A stretch of DNA of 32,000 nucleotides from Pseudoalteromonas tetraodonis (GCF_002310835.1 NZ_CP011041.1:270001-302000); one strand, 5' to 3'. Shown: positions 1 to 10,032, numbered from the stretch's first letter. The notes: generated from the letters alone by a model not told the origin. Program-made: numbers and translations.

Positions 1-66
1 AACGTATGGCCACTTGTTCCACCTGGGGCTGCTAACGATGAAATGATGACGGAGAAAGCACAATGA
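1..66 (+). CDS. ilvG: Acetolactate synthase II large subunit, 3' end only (cut by window edge)
   Basis: Frame 1 reads NVWPLVPPGAANDEMMTEKAQ*. VWPLVPPGA matches the conserved C-terminal tail of enterobacterial IlvG. The TGA (64-66) overlaps the ilvM ATG (63-65) as ATGA. Confidence 0.75.
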   Translation, partial: NVWPLVPPGAANDEMMTEKAQ

Positions 67-305
67 AACATAGTTTAACTATTGCCTTAAAAAGCCAAAG
101 TGTCGCAATCGAGCGCTTTTTACGTGTCGTGCGTCATCGTGGTTTTGATTTAACTCACTTGCAGCTCAATATGGACGATGGCCAATATAATATGGCCATG
201 ACGGTTGATAGCGATAAACCAATTTATTTGCTTACCAGTCAACTAAATAAATTGGTTGATGTGAAACATGTAACGCTACAAAGCTTACAGCAACAAGCTG
301 TATAA
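63..305 (+). CDS. ilvM: Acetolactate synthase II small (regulatory) subunit
   Basis: 80-aa ORF. The LRVVRHRGF and SQLNKLVDV motifs match E. coli IlvM. It is translationally coupled to ilvG. Confidence 0.9.
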   Translation: MKHSLTIALKSQSVAIERFLRVVRHRGFDLTHLQLNMDDGQYNMAMTVDSDKPIYLLTSQLNKLVDVKHVTLQSLQQQAV

Positions 306-407
306 CAAAAAATTTAACAGATTTTACGAGTAACTGTTCACGTGGTTACTCATCAATTTTAAGAATGAGGAATGCCCGCATTTATTGCGGCAAATACTGA
401 GGTAACT

Positions 408-2264
408 ATGGTTAAATTAAGAAGTGCAACGACTACTGAAGGACGTAAACGCGCAGGCGCAAGAGCATTATGGCGTGCAACAGGCATGACCGACACCGAC
501 TTTGGTAAACCAATTATTGCTGTGGTTAACTCATTTACACAATTTGTGCCGGGGCATGTGCATCTTAATCAGCTCAGTGAACTAATGGCTGAAACCATCA
601 CCCAAGCGGGCGGTGTTCCAAAAGAATTTAATACCATCGCCATAGATGACGGTATTGCCATGGGGCACGGCGGTATGCTTTATTCACTGCCATCGCGCGA
701 TTTAATAGCCGACTCGGTAGAGTACATGGTCAATGGCCATTGTGCTGATGCGATGATTTGTATCTCAAACTGCGACAAAATCACCCCTGGGATGATGTTA
801 GCGGCGCTGCGTTTAAATATACCGGTTATTTTTGTATCGGGTGGCCCTATGGAAGCGGGTAAAACTAAATTAGCCAATATCGATATTAAACTCGATTTAG
901 TAGATGCCATGGTTAAAGGTGCCGATGAATCGGTAAGTGATGCCGACTCAGAGCAAGTTGAACGCTCTGCATGCCCTACCTGTGGGTCGTGTTCAGGGAT
1001 GTTTACTGCCAACTCAATGAACTGTTTATTAGAAGCAATAGGCCTTGCGCTGCCGGGTAACGGTACCACGCTTGCGACCCACAAAGACCGTAAACAATTG
1101 TATGTTGAAGCAGGTGCTCGCATCGTTGATTTATGCCGCGAGTATTACCAAAAAGATAACCAAGACGTACTGCCTCGTGCCATCGCTAATAAAACCGCAT
1201 TTATGAACTCTATGGTGGTTGATATTGCCATGGGCGGCTCATCAAATACGGTATTACATTTACTCGCAGCGGCACAAGAAGCTGGCGTTGATTTTGATAT
1301 GTCACACATTGATGAACTTTCACGTAAAACCCCGTTTTTATGTAAAGTTGCCCCAGCTACCGCGCAATACCATATTGAAGACGTACACCGCGCTGGTGGC
1401 ATGATGGCCATAGTACGCGAGCTTGGTAAAGCCGGCTTGGTTGATTTATCGGTTAATCATGTTGCCGGCATGACCATGGGTGAGCTGGTAAAAAAATGGG
1501 ATGCAACGGATCCTAATAACGAAGTGGCGCGAAAGTTTTACCGCGCGGGTCCCGCTGGTATTCGTACTACTAAAGCCATGAGCCAAGATTGCCGTTGGGA
1601 CGAAGGGGATAATGACCGTGAACATGGTTGTATTCGCAGTGTTGAACATGCATTTCGTCAAGATGGCGGTCTGGCGGTACTTTCAGGTAACTTAGCGGTT
1701 GATGGCTGTATTGTTAAAAGTGCCGGCGTTGTCGATGAAATGCTGCACTTTGAAGGCACTGCTGTTGTTTATGAGTCTCAAGATGACTCTGTAGAAGGGA
1801 TTTTAAATGGCGAAGTAAAAGCCGGCGATGTAGTTGTAATTCGTTACGAAGGCCCTAAAGGCGGCCCAGGCATGCAAGAAATGCTATACCCAACCAGCTA
1901 CTTAAAATCAAAAGGCTTGGCTGAAAAATGTGCCTTGATCACCGATGGTCGCTTCTCGGGTGGTACGTCAGGTTTATCAATTGGCCATGTGTCTCCCGAG
2001 GCAGCCAGCGGTGGCGCGATAGCTTATGTTGAAAATGGCGATAAAATTATCATCGATATCGCTACTCGAGAAATCACTTTAGCATTAAGCGATGAGAAAC
2101 TCGAAGCTCGCAGGCAAAAACAATTGGCTCGTGGTAAACAAGCTTATAAGCCGCTTAACCGCGATCGTTATGTGTCATCTGCGCTTAAAGCGTATGCGCT
2201 ACTTGCAACCAGTGCTGATAAAGGTGCGGTGCGTGATTTAGCCAAACTGGAGGAGCTTAGTTAG
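408..2264 (+). CDS. ilvD: Dihydroxy-acid dehydratase
   Basis: Full-length collinearity with E. coli IlvD ([53 protein letters not shown]). The ORF-track start at 372 is over-extended. ATG 408 ([10 protein letters not shown]) aligns with the E. coli N-terminus and has GAGG at 398-401. Confidence 0.95.
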   Translation: MVKLRSATTTEGRKRAGARALWRATGMTDTDFGKPIIAVVNSFTQFVPGHVHLNQLSELMAETITQAGGVPKEFNTIAIDDGIAMGHGGMLYSLPSRDLIADSVEYMVNGHCADAMICISNCDKITPGMMLAALRLNIPVIFVSGGPMEAGKTKLANIDIKLDLVDAMVKGADESVSDADSEQVERSACPTCGSCSGMFTANSMNCLLEAIGLALPGNGTTLATHKDRKQLYVEAGARIVDLCREYYQKDNQDVLPRAIANKTAFMNSMVVDIAMGGSSNTVLHLLAAAQEAGVDFDMSHIDELSRKTPFLCKVAPATAQYHIEDVHRAGGMMAIVRELGKAGLVDLSVNHVAGMTMGELVKKWDATDPNNEVARKFYRAGPAGIRTTKAMSQDCRWDEGDNDREHGCIRSVEHAFRQDGGLAVLSGNLAVDGCIVKSAGVVDEMLHFEGTAVVYESQDDSVEGILNGEVKAGDVVVIRYEGPKGGPGMQEMLYPTSYLKSKGLAEKCALITDGRFSGGTSGLSIGHVSPEAASGGAIAYVENGDKIIIDIATREITLALSDEKLEARRQKQLARGKQAYKPLNRDRYVSSALKAYALLATSADKGAVRDLAKLEELS

Positions 2265-2266
2265 GT

Positions 2267-3820
2267 ATGGTTTCTCAAGAACTCGATTATTTTCGCGCTA
2301 TTATCCAAGCCAATATGGAGCCTTTAGCTAAGGTGACTGAGGTGAGTGAAATGGCCGAATTGAGTGCACGATTAGGTAATCATGTTTGGTTAAAGCGTGA
2401 AGATCAGCAACCGGTGTACTCGTTTAAATTACGCGGTGCTTTTAATAAATTAAATAAGCTGCCAAAGGGCTCGGTCGTGATAACCGCATCGGCAGGCAAT
2501 CATGCTCAAGGGGTGGCGCTGAGTGCTTCACACCTAGGGCATAAAGCCACCATTGTTATGCCCGTAACGACGCCTGAAATTAAGGTTAATGCGGTAAGGG
2601 CATTGGGTGGGGAAGTCGTGTTACATGGTCATCAATTTGATGCCGCAAAGGCGTATGCGCTTGAATTAACTGAGCAGCGAAACGGCGTATTTGTCCCTCC
2701 ATTTGATGACCCCGATGTCATTGTTGGTCAAGGCACAGTTGCCCGTGAACTAATGCAACAGCTGAACGACTTAGACGTGGTATTTATTCCTGTTGGCGGC
2801 GGCGGATTGCTGGCGGGTATGGCGGTATACATTAAATCGCTGCGCCCAGATATCAAAGTGATTGGGGTCGAGGCTAATGAAAGCGCTTGTTTAAAAGCTG
2901 CCATGGAAGCGGGAGAGCCTGTAGAGCTAGAAAGAGTAGGAAGCTTTGCCGATGGTGTTGCCGTAAAAATAATTGGTAGCGAAACATTTAGACTGGCGCA
3001 AAAGTTTTGCGATGAAGTGGTGACCGTGTCAGATGATGAAATATGTGCTGCCATGCAAGATATTTTTGTATCAACCCGTGCTATTGCCGAACCTTCAGGC
3101 GCACTTGCAACTGCAGGGCTTAAAAAATGGTCTCAGCAGTCGGGTTTAAAGGGGTTAAACTTAGCGGCTATTTTGTCTGGTGCTAATTTAAATTTTGATC
3201 GCTTACGCTATGTAGCTGAACGTACTGCATTGGGTGAGAAGAACGAAGCATTATTAGCGGTAACAATTGATGAAAAACGCGGTAGCTTTAAACAGTTTTG
3301 TGCCTCTTTAGGTGGGCGCGCTATTACCGAATTTAACTACCGATATGCGGGGCCTGGCGAGGCGCAAATTTTTGTTGGTATTGCACTGCGCCAAGGATTA
3401 GCAGAACTTGAGGAGCTTAAACAAAGCCTAACCGATAATGGCTATTCGTTTTGCGACTTGTCAGATAACGAATTAGCAAAACTGCATGTACGCTATATGG
3501 TTGGTGGTAAAGCGCCAGAGCAGCTACATGAACGCTTACTGCGGTTTGAGTTTCCAGAGTACCCAGGTGCATTAGCGCGCTTTTTAGATACACTGGGTAG
3601 TAATTGGAATATCACTTTATTTCACTACCGTAATCATGGCGGTTCAACGGGTAATGTATTGGCAGGTTTTGCTATTGAGCCAAGTCAATATGAGATGTTT
3701 AATGAGCACTTAAACCGCCTAGGTTACAGTGTTCAAGACGAAACCCATAACCCGTGTTTCACCCAGTTTTTAACCACACAACCTCAAGCAGAAAAGCTTG
3801 AAAAGCTCGCCTTAGCATAA
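2267..3820 (+). CDS. ilvA: Biosynthetic threonine dehydratase (threonine ammonia-lyase)
   Basis: 517 aa. It has the PLP-lysine motif SFKLRGA, the glycine loop PVGGGGLLAG and a long C-terminal regulatory region. It starts 2 nt after the ilvD stop, with GGAGGAG upstream. Confidence 0.95.
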   Translation: MVSQELDYFRAIIQANMEPLAKVTEVSEMAELSARLGNHVWLKREDQQPVYSFKLRGAFNKLNKLPKGSVVITASAGNHAQGVALSASHLGHKATIVMPVTTPEIKVNAVRALGGEVVLHGHQFDAAKAYALELTEQRNGVFVPPFDDPDVIVGQGTVARELMQQLNDLDVVFIPVGGGGLLAGMAVYIKSLRPDIKVIGVEANESACLKAAMEAGEPVELERVGSFADGVAVKIIGSETFRLAQKFCDEVVTVSDDEICAAMQDIFVSTRAIAEPSGALATAGLKKWSQQSGLKGLNLAAILSGANLNFDRLRYVAERTALGEKNEALLAVTIDEKRGSFKQFCASLGGRAITEFNYRYAGPGEAQIFVGIALRQGLAELEELKQSLTDNGYSFCDLSDNELAKLHVRYMVGGKAPEQLHERLLRFEFPEYPGALARFLDTLGSNWNITLFHYRNHGGSTGNVLAGFAIEPSQYEMFNEHLNRLGYSVQDETHNPCFTQFLTTQPQAEKLEKLALA

Positions 3821-3829
3821 TCCTATTTT

Positions 3830-3860
3830 AAGCAGGCATCTTCTGTGGATGCTTGCTTTA
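3830..3860 (+). terminator. Hairpin after ilvA (putative operon terminator, weak U-tail)
   Basis: AAGCAGGCATC (3830-3840) pairs with GATGCTTGCTT (3848-3858), 11 bp including one G-T pair, with a 7-nt loop. It is followed only by TTTA, so the tail is weak. Confidence 0.45.
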
Positions 3861-3928
3861 TCAGCTGCTTTACATATAGTTACGTTAATCACTACGTTTT
3901 TTGGAAACTCTCTTTGTTACTTAAAGGA

Positions 3929-4948
3929 ATGATAATTAGCGCCTGCCTTTTTTGTAGCCAGTTAATGGCGCAGGAATCAGTCACACTACAATTAAAGTGG
4001 ACACATCAATTTCAATTTGCGGGCTATTATATGGCTCAGCAAAAAGGGTATTATGATGAGGCCGGTTTAGACGTTACTATTGTGCCTGCAGATCAAAAAC
4101 GACCCAATAGTTTTGGCGCGGTAGAGCGTGGTGAAGCCCAGTTTGGGGTTGCGCATTCTGGTATTTTACAGCAGCGTATTGCAGGTAAACCCTTTGTCGC
4201 CATGGCTGCCATATTACAGTTTTCTCCTTATTGCTGGATGGTCAAAGAAAGTTCTGATATTTTTCATGCCCGTGATTTTGTCAATAAACGTGTAAGTGAA
4301 GTGAGTAAAGAGAGCAATTCTGAGTTGTTAACTATGCTCAAGCGCAGCGGTATAAATACCGAAAAGTTGGCTATATACAAAGGCGATAAATTACAAAAAG
4401 CATGGATGGAAAATAAAATAGATGCCATCGAAGTCTATGTTACCGACTTACCTTATTATATGGATCAGCAAGGTATTGCTCATCGACTTATATGTCCACA
4501 ACGTTATGGTATGGACGTATACGCAGATATTTTATTTACCAGTGATAACATGATTAAGTACCACCCCGATACGGTAGAAAAGTTTTACCAAGCGAGTTTA
4601 AAAGGGTGGCGTTATGCGGTAATGAATATGGATGAAGCCATCGCCATTACTCAGCAGTTTTATGCCCCTGAACGTAGTTTTCATCAATTAGCTTATGAGG
4701 CCGAAGTGCTAAAAGACTATATTGCGCCGCCAAGCACCAATGTGGGTAATATGTCGATGGCCAAATGGCGTTTAATTGCTGATTTATATGAGATTGACCA
4801 AACAAAGTTTGACGAAGTAAAAGCCGATTTTATTTATAAATATAAAAAACAAGAAACGTTGCAGCTTTCTTGGATGCTGATTGCGGCCATTATTATTAGT
4901 ATTATTTCTATTCCCCTTTATTTACGGTTAATGTTCAAAGCACGCTAA
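3929..4948 (+). CDS. Periplasmic solute-binding-fold (NMT1/SsuA-like) protein with a single C-terminal TM anchor and no output domain
   Basis: ORF 3845..4948. The motif LQLKWTHQFQFAGYYMAQQKGYYDEAGLDV is typical of SBP-like periplasmic sensor modules. A C-terminal hydrophobic helix WMLIAAIIISIISIPLYL is followed by the stop 7 residues later. The start is uncertain. GTG 3845 sits in the loop of the ilvA hairpin. ATG 3929 (or TTG 3914) gives a signal-peptide-like N-terminus ..IISACLFCSQLMA. Confidence 0.6.
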   Translation: MIISACLFCSQLMAQESVTLQLKWTHQFQFAGYYMAQQKGYYDEAGLDVTIVPADQKRPNSFGAVERGEAQFGVAHSGILQQRIAGKPFVAMAAILQFSPYCWMVKESSDIFHARDFVNKRVSEVSKESNSELLTMLKRSGINTEKLAIYKGDKLQKAWMENKIDAIEVYVTDLPYYMDQQGIAHRLICPQRYGMDVYADILFTSDNMIKYHPDTVEKFYQASLKGWRYAVMNMDEAIAITQQFYAPERSFHQLAYEAEVLKDYIAPPSTNVGNMSMAKWRLIADLYEIDQTKFDEVKADFIYKYKKQETLQLSWMLIAAIIISIISIPLYLRLMFKAR

Positions 4949-5043
4949 TGGCTAATTTAACCAATAGAAAAGGTGGGAAAGTTAAGTAATCCCCTTGCTC
5001 TGCGAGGTTAAAAAAATAACCGCTTAATTAGGCGCGAGTGTAC

Positions 5044-5052
5044 TGGTATAAT
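5044..5052 (+). promoter_or_regulatory. Extended -10 promoter element (TGgTATAAT) for the methyltransferase-can-yraR-like operon
   Basis: TGGTATAAT at 5044-5052 is a perfect extended -10, 30 nt upstream of ATG 5082. The -35 is weak (TTAATT at 5024-5029). Confidence 0.55.
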
Positions 5053-5081
5053 TTATTGCCTTTTTAATATTTTAAGCTGTT

Positions 5082-6266
5082 ATGACCTTAACTGAGCAAT
5101 TTACTGCCCTCGATTCGTTACTGATGAATACGCGCTCGTATTGGCAATGTACTGCGTTTGATTTTGACTGTTTACCGTGGCCTGAGTTACACGACCCCCT
5201 AACTGCTTTAACTGATCTGGACGTTGCTGAGTTAGATACTGATCAAGCGCAACTTTATCAGTTTTTTTCACCTTACATACCCGGTATTGAGCAATTAAGC
5301 CAATTAGCTTCACTCCCTGTCATAACAAGCAGTCGAACGGATTATCCGTTTTGGATTAGTAACGGTATTAAAGGACGAAAGTTTACACAGCTACAAGACT
5401 TTGTTGGTGCGCTACCTGCCAATGATCAGCCTATTTTAGAGTGGTGTGCAGGCAAAGGCCATTTAGGACGAATGTTAGCTTTTAATGGTGCGCCGAGCGT
5501 GCACAGTATTGAGCTACAATCTCACTTATGTGAGCAAGGACAAAAAAGTGCGCAGCAACAGGGGCTTGCTATGCAATTTAGCCAAGCTGATGTACTCACA
5601 GATAACACTCAGGATTTTTTTAACCCACAAACCCATGCCGTTGCTTTACATGCCTGCGGTGCGTTACATCAAACTTTTATGCATCAAGCCAGTGCGGCCA
5701 AAGTAACACAAATTAGTTTTTCACCTTGTTGCTATCACTTGTTTACCGAGAATAATTATCAAGCAATGAGCGAACAGGCGAAGCGAAGTGCGCTTAATTT
5801 AACTCATCGAGATTTAAAACTCGCCTTGCAAGAAACCGTCACGGCTCCATCGCGAGTGGGCAAAGTACGAAAAACAGAAGTTGAGTGGCGACTCGGGTTT
5901 GATGCTTTAAGAAAGTCACTCACCGGTGAGTTGGCGTATGTTAGTGTGCCCTCAGTGAATAAAGCAATATTTTCAGATTCGTTTGAATCATTTTGTAAGT
6001 GGGCGGCAGATAAAAAAGCCTTAAAACTGCCAAAAGATATTGATTACAATAAATTTTTATTGATTGGGCAGGCGCGAAAAAAGATAACCGAGCGAGTTGA
6101 ACTGGTTCGACATGTGTTTAGAAGAGCAATAGAAGTTTGGCTTGTGCTCGATCGTGCTTTATATTTGCAACAGCAAGGCTATAACGTCAGTGTTAGTACA
6201 TTTTGTGAGAAGCAATTAACACCCCGTAATATTTTAATTTTAGCCAGTTTAACGCCCTCGACCTAA
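5082..6266 (+). CDS. SAM-dependent methyltransferase (Methyltransf_32-like), substrate unknown
   Basis: 394 aa. It has a glycine-rich SAM motif I (EWCAGKGHLGRML), then SIELQ (motif II-like acidic residue) and ALHACG. An N-terminal extension of about 110 aa has unknown function. Confidence 0.65.
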   Translation: MTLTEQFTALDSLLMNTRSYWQCTAFDFDCLPWPELHDPLTALTDLDVAELDTDQAQLYQFFSPYIPGIEQLSQLASLPVITSSRTDYPFWISNGIKGRKFTQLQDFVGALPANDQPILEWCAGKGHLGRMLAFNGAPSVHSIELQSHLCEQGQKSAQQQGLAMQFSQADVLTDNTQDFFNPQTHAVALHACGALHQTFMHQASAAKVTQISFSPCCYHLFTENNYQAMSEQAKRSALNLTHRDLKLALQETVTAPSRVGKVRKTEVEWRLGFDALRKSLTGELAYVSVPSVNKAIFSDSFESFCKWAADKKALKLPKDIDYNKFLLIGQARKKITERVELVRHVFRRAIEVWLVLDRALYLQQQGYNVSVSTFCEKQLTPRNILILASLTPST

Positions 6267-6276
6267 AAGAGATGTA

Positions 6277-6942
6277 ATGAGAAATTTAAATAACCTACTA
6301 GAAAATAATAAACGCTGGGCATCTAGAACGAGCGAAGCTAATCCCGAATTTTTTAAAATTTTATCGATGCAACAAAATCCAGAATATTTATGGATTGGTT
6401 GTTCTGACTCACGAGTTCCTGCTAATCAAATTGTTGATTTATTACCAGGTGAATTGTTTGTGCATCGTAATGTTGCCAACGTGGTAGTGCACACAGATCA
6501 TAATTGCTTATCGGTTATGCAGTATGCGGTTGAAGTATTAAAAGTTAAACATATTATGGTTGTTGGCCACTACGGTTGTGGTGGTGTACAAGCGGTATTA
6601 AACGAAGATCGCTTTGGCTTTATTGATAACTGGCTACGCCATGTTGGTGATGTAAAAGAAAAGCATTTAGAGCAACTTAATGCTCTACCAGAAAAACAGC
6701 GTCTTGATCGTTTAATTGAGCTTAATGTGATTGAGCAAGTGCGTAACGTATCGCGCACTAGCATTGTTCAAGATGCTTGGTTACGAGGTCAAGAGCTCAC
6801 AGTGCATGGCTGGGTATATGGATTAGAAAACGGTCACCTGCATGATTTAGAGTCGGTAGTTAGCTGCGCTGAAGAAGAATGCACTAGCTATAAAAAGGCA
6901 GTACACCATGTACTGAACAAGTCAGCGGGTAGTCACGCTTAA
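6277..6942 (+). CDS. can: Beta-class carbonic anhydrase
   Basis: It has the CSDSRVP, HRNVAN and HYGCGG zinc-site motifs. It is collinear with E. coli Can (YadF) from the N-terminus (NN.RW....E.P.FF..L...Q.P..LWIGCSDSRVP). Confidence 0.92.
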   Translation: MRNLNNLLENNKRWASRTSEANPEFFKILSMQQNPEYLWIGCSDSRVPANQIVDLLPGELFVHRNVANVVVHTDHNCLSVMQYAVEVLKVKHIMVVGHYGCGGVQAVLNEDRFGFIDNWLRHVGDVKEKHLEQLNALPEKQRLDRLIELNVIEQVRNVSRTSIVQDAWLRGQELTVHGWVYGLENGHLHDLESVVSCAEEECTSYKKAVHHVLNKSAGSHA

Positions 6943-6943
6943 T

Positions 6944-7588
6944 ATGGCTAAAACGGCGTTAATAATCGGCAGTACCGGCTTAGTGGGCAGCCAGTTATTA
7001 CAACAGCTGTTAGCATCTCCTTGCTATACGAAAGTAGTGAGCTTATCGCGCCGCCAATTAGACTTTTCTCATCCTAAATTAACTAGCCATGTTATTGATT
7101 TTGAGAACCTGACACATTACGTTGAGTTATTCAAAGGTGACGTGTTTTTTTCCTGCTTAGGCACCACGTTAAAGCAAGCTGGAAGCGCAGCAGCACAGCG
7201 TAAAGTTGATTTTGAATACCAATTTATTTGTGCGCAAATGGCGGCCAATAACGGTGTTCCTCATTATTGTTTGGTGTCATCAAGTGGCGCAAATGCGCAT
7301 AGCATGAGCCGTTACCTAAAAATCAAAGGGGAACTTGAGCAGCAGGTAAAGCAGCTTGGTTTTTCGCGCTTGAGTATATTGCAACCGTCTTTGTTAGTCG
7401 GCGAGCGATCAGAGCTTAGAATTGCAGAAAAGTTAGGTGAGGTGGTACTGCCACTGTTAACGCGTTTTGGCATCTTCAAACGGTATAGACCAATAACCGG
7501 TGAGCAAGTAGCTAATAAATTGCTAAGGGTGAGCATAGAGCAGCAACAAGCAACGGGTTACTATGTGCTCGACGAGCTATTTGAATAA
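6944..7588 (+). CDS. NAD(P)H-binding atypical SDR-family protein (YraR-like)
   Basis: It has an N-terminal Rossmann motif IIGSTGLVGSQLL and is collinear with E. coli YraR (..FCCLGTT...AGS....,..YL.VKGE.E). It starts 1 nt after the can stop. Confidence 0.7.
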   Translation: MAKTALIIGSTGLVGSQLLQQLLASPCYTKVVSLSRRQLDFSHPKLTSHVIDFENLTHYVELFKGDVFFSCLGTTLKQAGSAAAQRKVDFEYQFICAQMAANNGVPHYCLVSSSGANAHSMSRYLKIKGELEQQVKQLGFSRLSILQPSLLVGERSELRIAEKLGEVVLPLLTRFGIFKRYRPITGEQVANKLLRVSIEQQQATGYYVLDELFE

Positions 7589-7599
7589 CTGAGTGATTA

Positions 7600-7636
7600 G
7601 CGCCATAAAGCAGGTTCGTCTATGGCGTTATATTTA
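7600..7636 (+). terminator. Hairpin between convergent yraR-like and ubiK genes
   Basis: GCGCCATA (7600-7608 region) pairs with TATGGCGT (7621-7628) across a 12-nt loop. It is followed by a U-rich TATATTTATTATT on the + strand. There is no T-run on the - strand. Confidence 0.45.
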
Positions 7637-7900
7637 TTATTCTGCGTCTGTTTTTGCCGATAATTGCTGTTCAAGTATCGCTACTTTTGCTTCTAATTCA
7701 GTTAGCTTTTCACGGGTGCGGATCAGCACTTGGCTTTGAATATCAAACTCTTCACGGCTTACAAAGTCCATTTCGGCAAGCTTATTTTGTAACACTTGCT
7801 TGGTTTTACCTTCAAGTGTATCAGCCAGGTTTTTTACACCTTGTGGCATGTTATTAGTGATCTGTTTCGCAATTTCTTCAAGTTTTGCTGGGTTAATCAT
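7637..7900 (-). CDS. ubiK: Ubiquinone biosynthesis accessory factor UbiK (YqiC/BMFP family)
   Basis: 87-aa coiled-coil protein. MINPAKLEEIAKQ... and VSREEFDIQSQVLIRTREKL closely parallel E. coli UbiK (MIDPKKIEQIARQ..., [20 protein letters not shown]). Confidence 0.88.
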   Translation of the reverse strand: MINPAKLEEIAKQITNNMPQGVKNLADTLEGKTKQVLQNKLAEMDFVSREEFDIQSQVLIRTREKLTELEAKVAILEQQLSAKTDAE

Positions 7901-8013
7901 AGTCGTCCCTTGCCTGTTGCCTAAAATGATAATAACTAATATTACCTTATTGGCTAGGCGTATTGTAGTGATTACGTTAAAATTGCCCGTCTTTTTGCAA
8001 TCAGCTGGTCGTT

Positions 8014-10032
8014 ATGAAACTCAATCCTAAACAAGATGAAGCGGTAAAGTACATTAGTGGTCCTTGCTTAGTATTAGCTGGCGCAGGCTCGGGTAAAACA
8101 CGAGTTATCACCAACAAAATTGCTTACTTAGTACAGAAGTGTGAGTATCAAGCGCGTAATATTGCGGCGGTTACCTTTACCAATAAAGCGGCTAAAGAAA
8201 TGCGCGAGCGGGTTTTGCAAACCTTAGGAAAGCAAGAGTCTAAAGGTTTATGGGTCTCTACATTTCATACACTCGGGCTTGAAATCATCAAAAAAGAGTT
8301 AAAAACACTGGGTTTTAAGCCTGGTTTTTCGCTGTTTGACGACCAAGATACGAATCAACTACTCGGTGATTTAACCGAAGATGAGCTTAAAAAAGACAAA
8401 GACTTACTTAATCTACTTAAAATGCAAATTGGTAGCTGGAAGAATGAACTCATTTTACCAGAGCAAGCTATTCGCGAAGCCAGAGAGCCACAAAAAGCCT
8501 TGTTCGCTCAATTGTACGCACGCTATCAAAACCAACTTCGCGCTTATAATGCACTCGACTTTGATGATTTAATTATGATCCCCACGCTGCTTTTAAGCAG
8601 TAACGCCACTTCACGTGAACGTTGGCAGCAGCGTTTTCGGTATTTACTGGTGGATGAATACCAAGATACTAATACCAGCCAATACCAATTAGTAAAATTG
8701 CTGGTTGGTGAACGTGCACGCTTTACTGTGGTAGGAGATGACGATCAGTCAATTTACTCTTGGCGTGGTGCTCGCCCACAAAACTTGGTGCTATTAAGTA
8801 AAGACTATCCAGGATTAAGATTAATAAAACTAGAGCAAAATTACCGTAGTGCAGGGCGCATTCTTAAAGCGGCTAATATATTAATTGCAAATAACCCCCA
8901 TGAGTTTGAAAAAAAGCTCTTTAGTGAACTTGGCTATGGTGAGCAAATTAAAGTCATTGGTTGTCGCGATGAAGAGCATGAGTCTGAGCGTGTGGTTGCA
9001 GAGATTATTTCTCATAAGTTTATGAAGCGCACCAGCTATAAAGATTACGCGATTTTGTACCGGGGTAATCACCAAGCGCGTGGTTTTGAAAAGTCGTTAA
9101 TGAGTAACCGTATACCTTATAAAATTAGCGGCGGGATGTCGTTTTTTTCACGTTCTGAAATTAAAGATATCATGGCTTACTTACGTCTTTTAGTGAACCA
9201 AGATGATGACAATGCCTTTTTAAGAATCGTGAATACGCCACGGCGTGAAATAGGCACGGTGACGCTTGAAAAACTAGGCACCTTAGCCAATGAAAAACAT
9301 CAAAGCTTGTTTGCCACCTGTTTTGATAACGACTTAGGATACAGACTAAAAGGACGTGGTTTTAATGCGTTAGCTGGGTTTGCCCGTTGGGTGGTTGAGC
9401 TGTCGGATAACGCAGTACGCAGCGATACCTTAGAAGCGGTCAAAGATTTAGTGCGAAATATTAATTATGAAGCCTATTTATATGAATCATCACCGAGTGC
9501 CAAAGCCGCCGAAATGCGGATGAAAAATGTCTCGGAGCTGTACCGTTGGATCACCGATATGCTGACTGGCGATGCCGATAATCCGCCAATGACGTTAGCT
9601 GAAGTGGTTAGTAAATTGACCCTGCGCGATATGCTAGAGCGTAACGAGGAAGAAGATGAAGCAGATGCAGTACAATTACTTACGCTGCATGCTTCAAAGG
9701 GACTCGAGTACCCTTATGTATTTATGGTAGGCATGGAAGAGGGGCTATTACCACACCAAGTAAGCATTGATGAGGATAATGTAGATGAAGAGCGCCGCCT
9801 TGCCTATGTAGGTATTACCCGCGCGCAGCAAGAGCTAACCTTAACGTATGCTAAAATTCGTCGTCAATTTGGTGAAACATCGCAAACGGAGCTCAGCCGG
9901 TTTGTGCAAGAGCTACCACAAGATGACTTAGCCTTTGAAAACAAAAAAGCGCCTAATACTCAAGCTGAACGCATGGAAAAAGGCCAAGCTCGGGTTGCAA
10001 ATTTAAGGGCAATGCTAAAAAAACCACAATAG
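8014..10032 (+). CDS. rep: ATP-dependent DNA helicase Rep
   Basis: 672 aa, collinear with E. coli Rep. Shared motifs include [62 protein letters not shown] and [23 protein letters not shown]. Confidence 0.96.
   Translation: MKLNPKQDEAVKYISGPCLVLAGAGSGKTRVITNKIAYLVQKCEYQARNIAAVTFTNKAAKEMRERVLQTLGKQESKGLWVSTFHTLGLEIIKKELKTLGFKPGFSLFDDQDTNQLLGDLTEDELKKDKDLLNLLKMQIGSWKNELILPEQAIREAREPQKALFAQLYARYQNQLRAYNALDFDDLIMIPTLLLSSNATSRERWQQRFRYLLVDEYQDTNTSQYQLVKLLVGERARFTVVGDDDQSIYSWRGARPQNLVLLSKDYPGLRLIKLEQNYRSAGRILKAANILIANNPHEFEKKLFSELGYGEQIKVIGCRDEEHESERVVAEIISHKFMKRTSYKDYAILYRGNHQARGFEKSLMSNRIPYKISGGMSFFSRSEIKDIMAYLRLLVNQDDDNAFLRIVNTPRREIGTVTLEKLGTLANEKHQSLFATCFDNDLGYRLKGRGFNALAGFARWVVELSDNAVRSDTLEAVKDLVRNINYEAYLYESSPSAKAAEMRMKNVSELYRWITDMLTGDADNPPMTLAEVVSKLTLRDMLERNEEEDEADAVQLLTLHASKGLEYPYVFMVGMEEGLLPHQVSIDEDNVDEERRLAYVGITRAQQELTLTYAKIRRQFGETSQTELSRFVQELPQDDLAFENKKAPNTQAERMEKGQARVANLRAMLKKPQ

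Noticed and set aside
680-1661. ORF-track ORFs inside or antisense to ilvD (680-1123 -, 1145-1411 -, 1219-1404 +, 1446-1661 -). Analogous shadow ORFs lie inside ilvA (2728-3054 -), the methyltransferase (5101-5313 -, 5485-5706 +), can (6570-6764 -), the YraR-like gene (7312-7536 -), rep (8381-8572 +, 8881-9075 -) and the GGDEF gene (10441-10644 +, 10738-11001 -, 11278-11490 +, 11657-11878 +, 12202-12444 -). More lie inside elbB (13657-13899 +), polA (15992-16303 -, 16774-17034 -), cc4 (20176-20385 +), yjgA (23949-24173 +), pmbA (25178-25402 -) and secA (29481-31471, several).
   Set aside because: Each is fully nested in a long, strongly recognisable gene, in another frame or on the other strand. 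Their composition is low-complexity or biased, they have no SD or start context, and I see no recognisable motifs.
7654-8030. ORFs 7654-7857 (+) and 7800-8030 (+), overlapping ubiK and the ubiK-rep intergenic region.
   Set aside because: They are antisense to a well-supported ubiK and run into the rep start. They have no SD and their sequence is hydrophobic and low-complexity.
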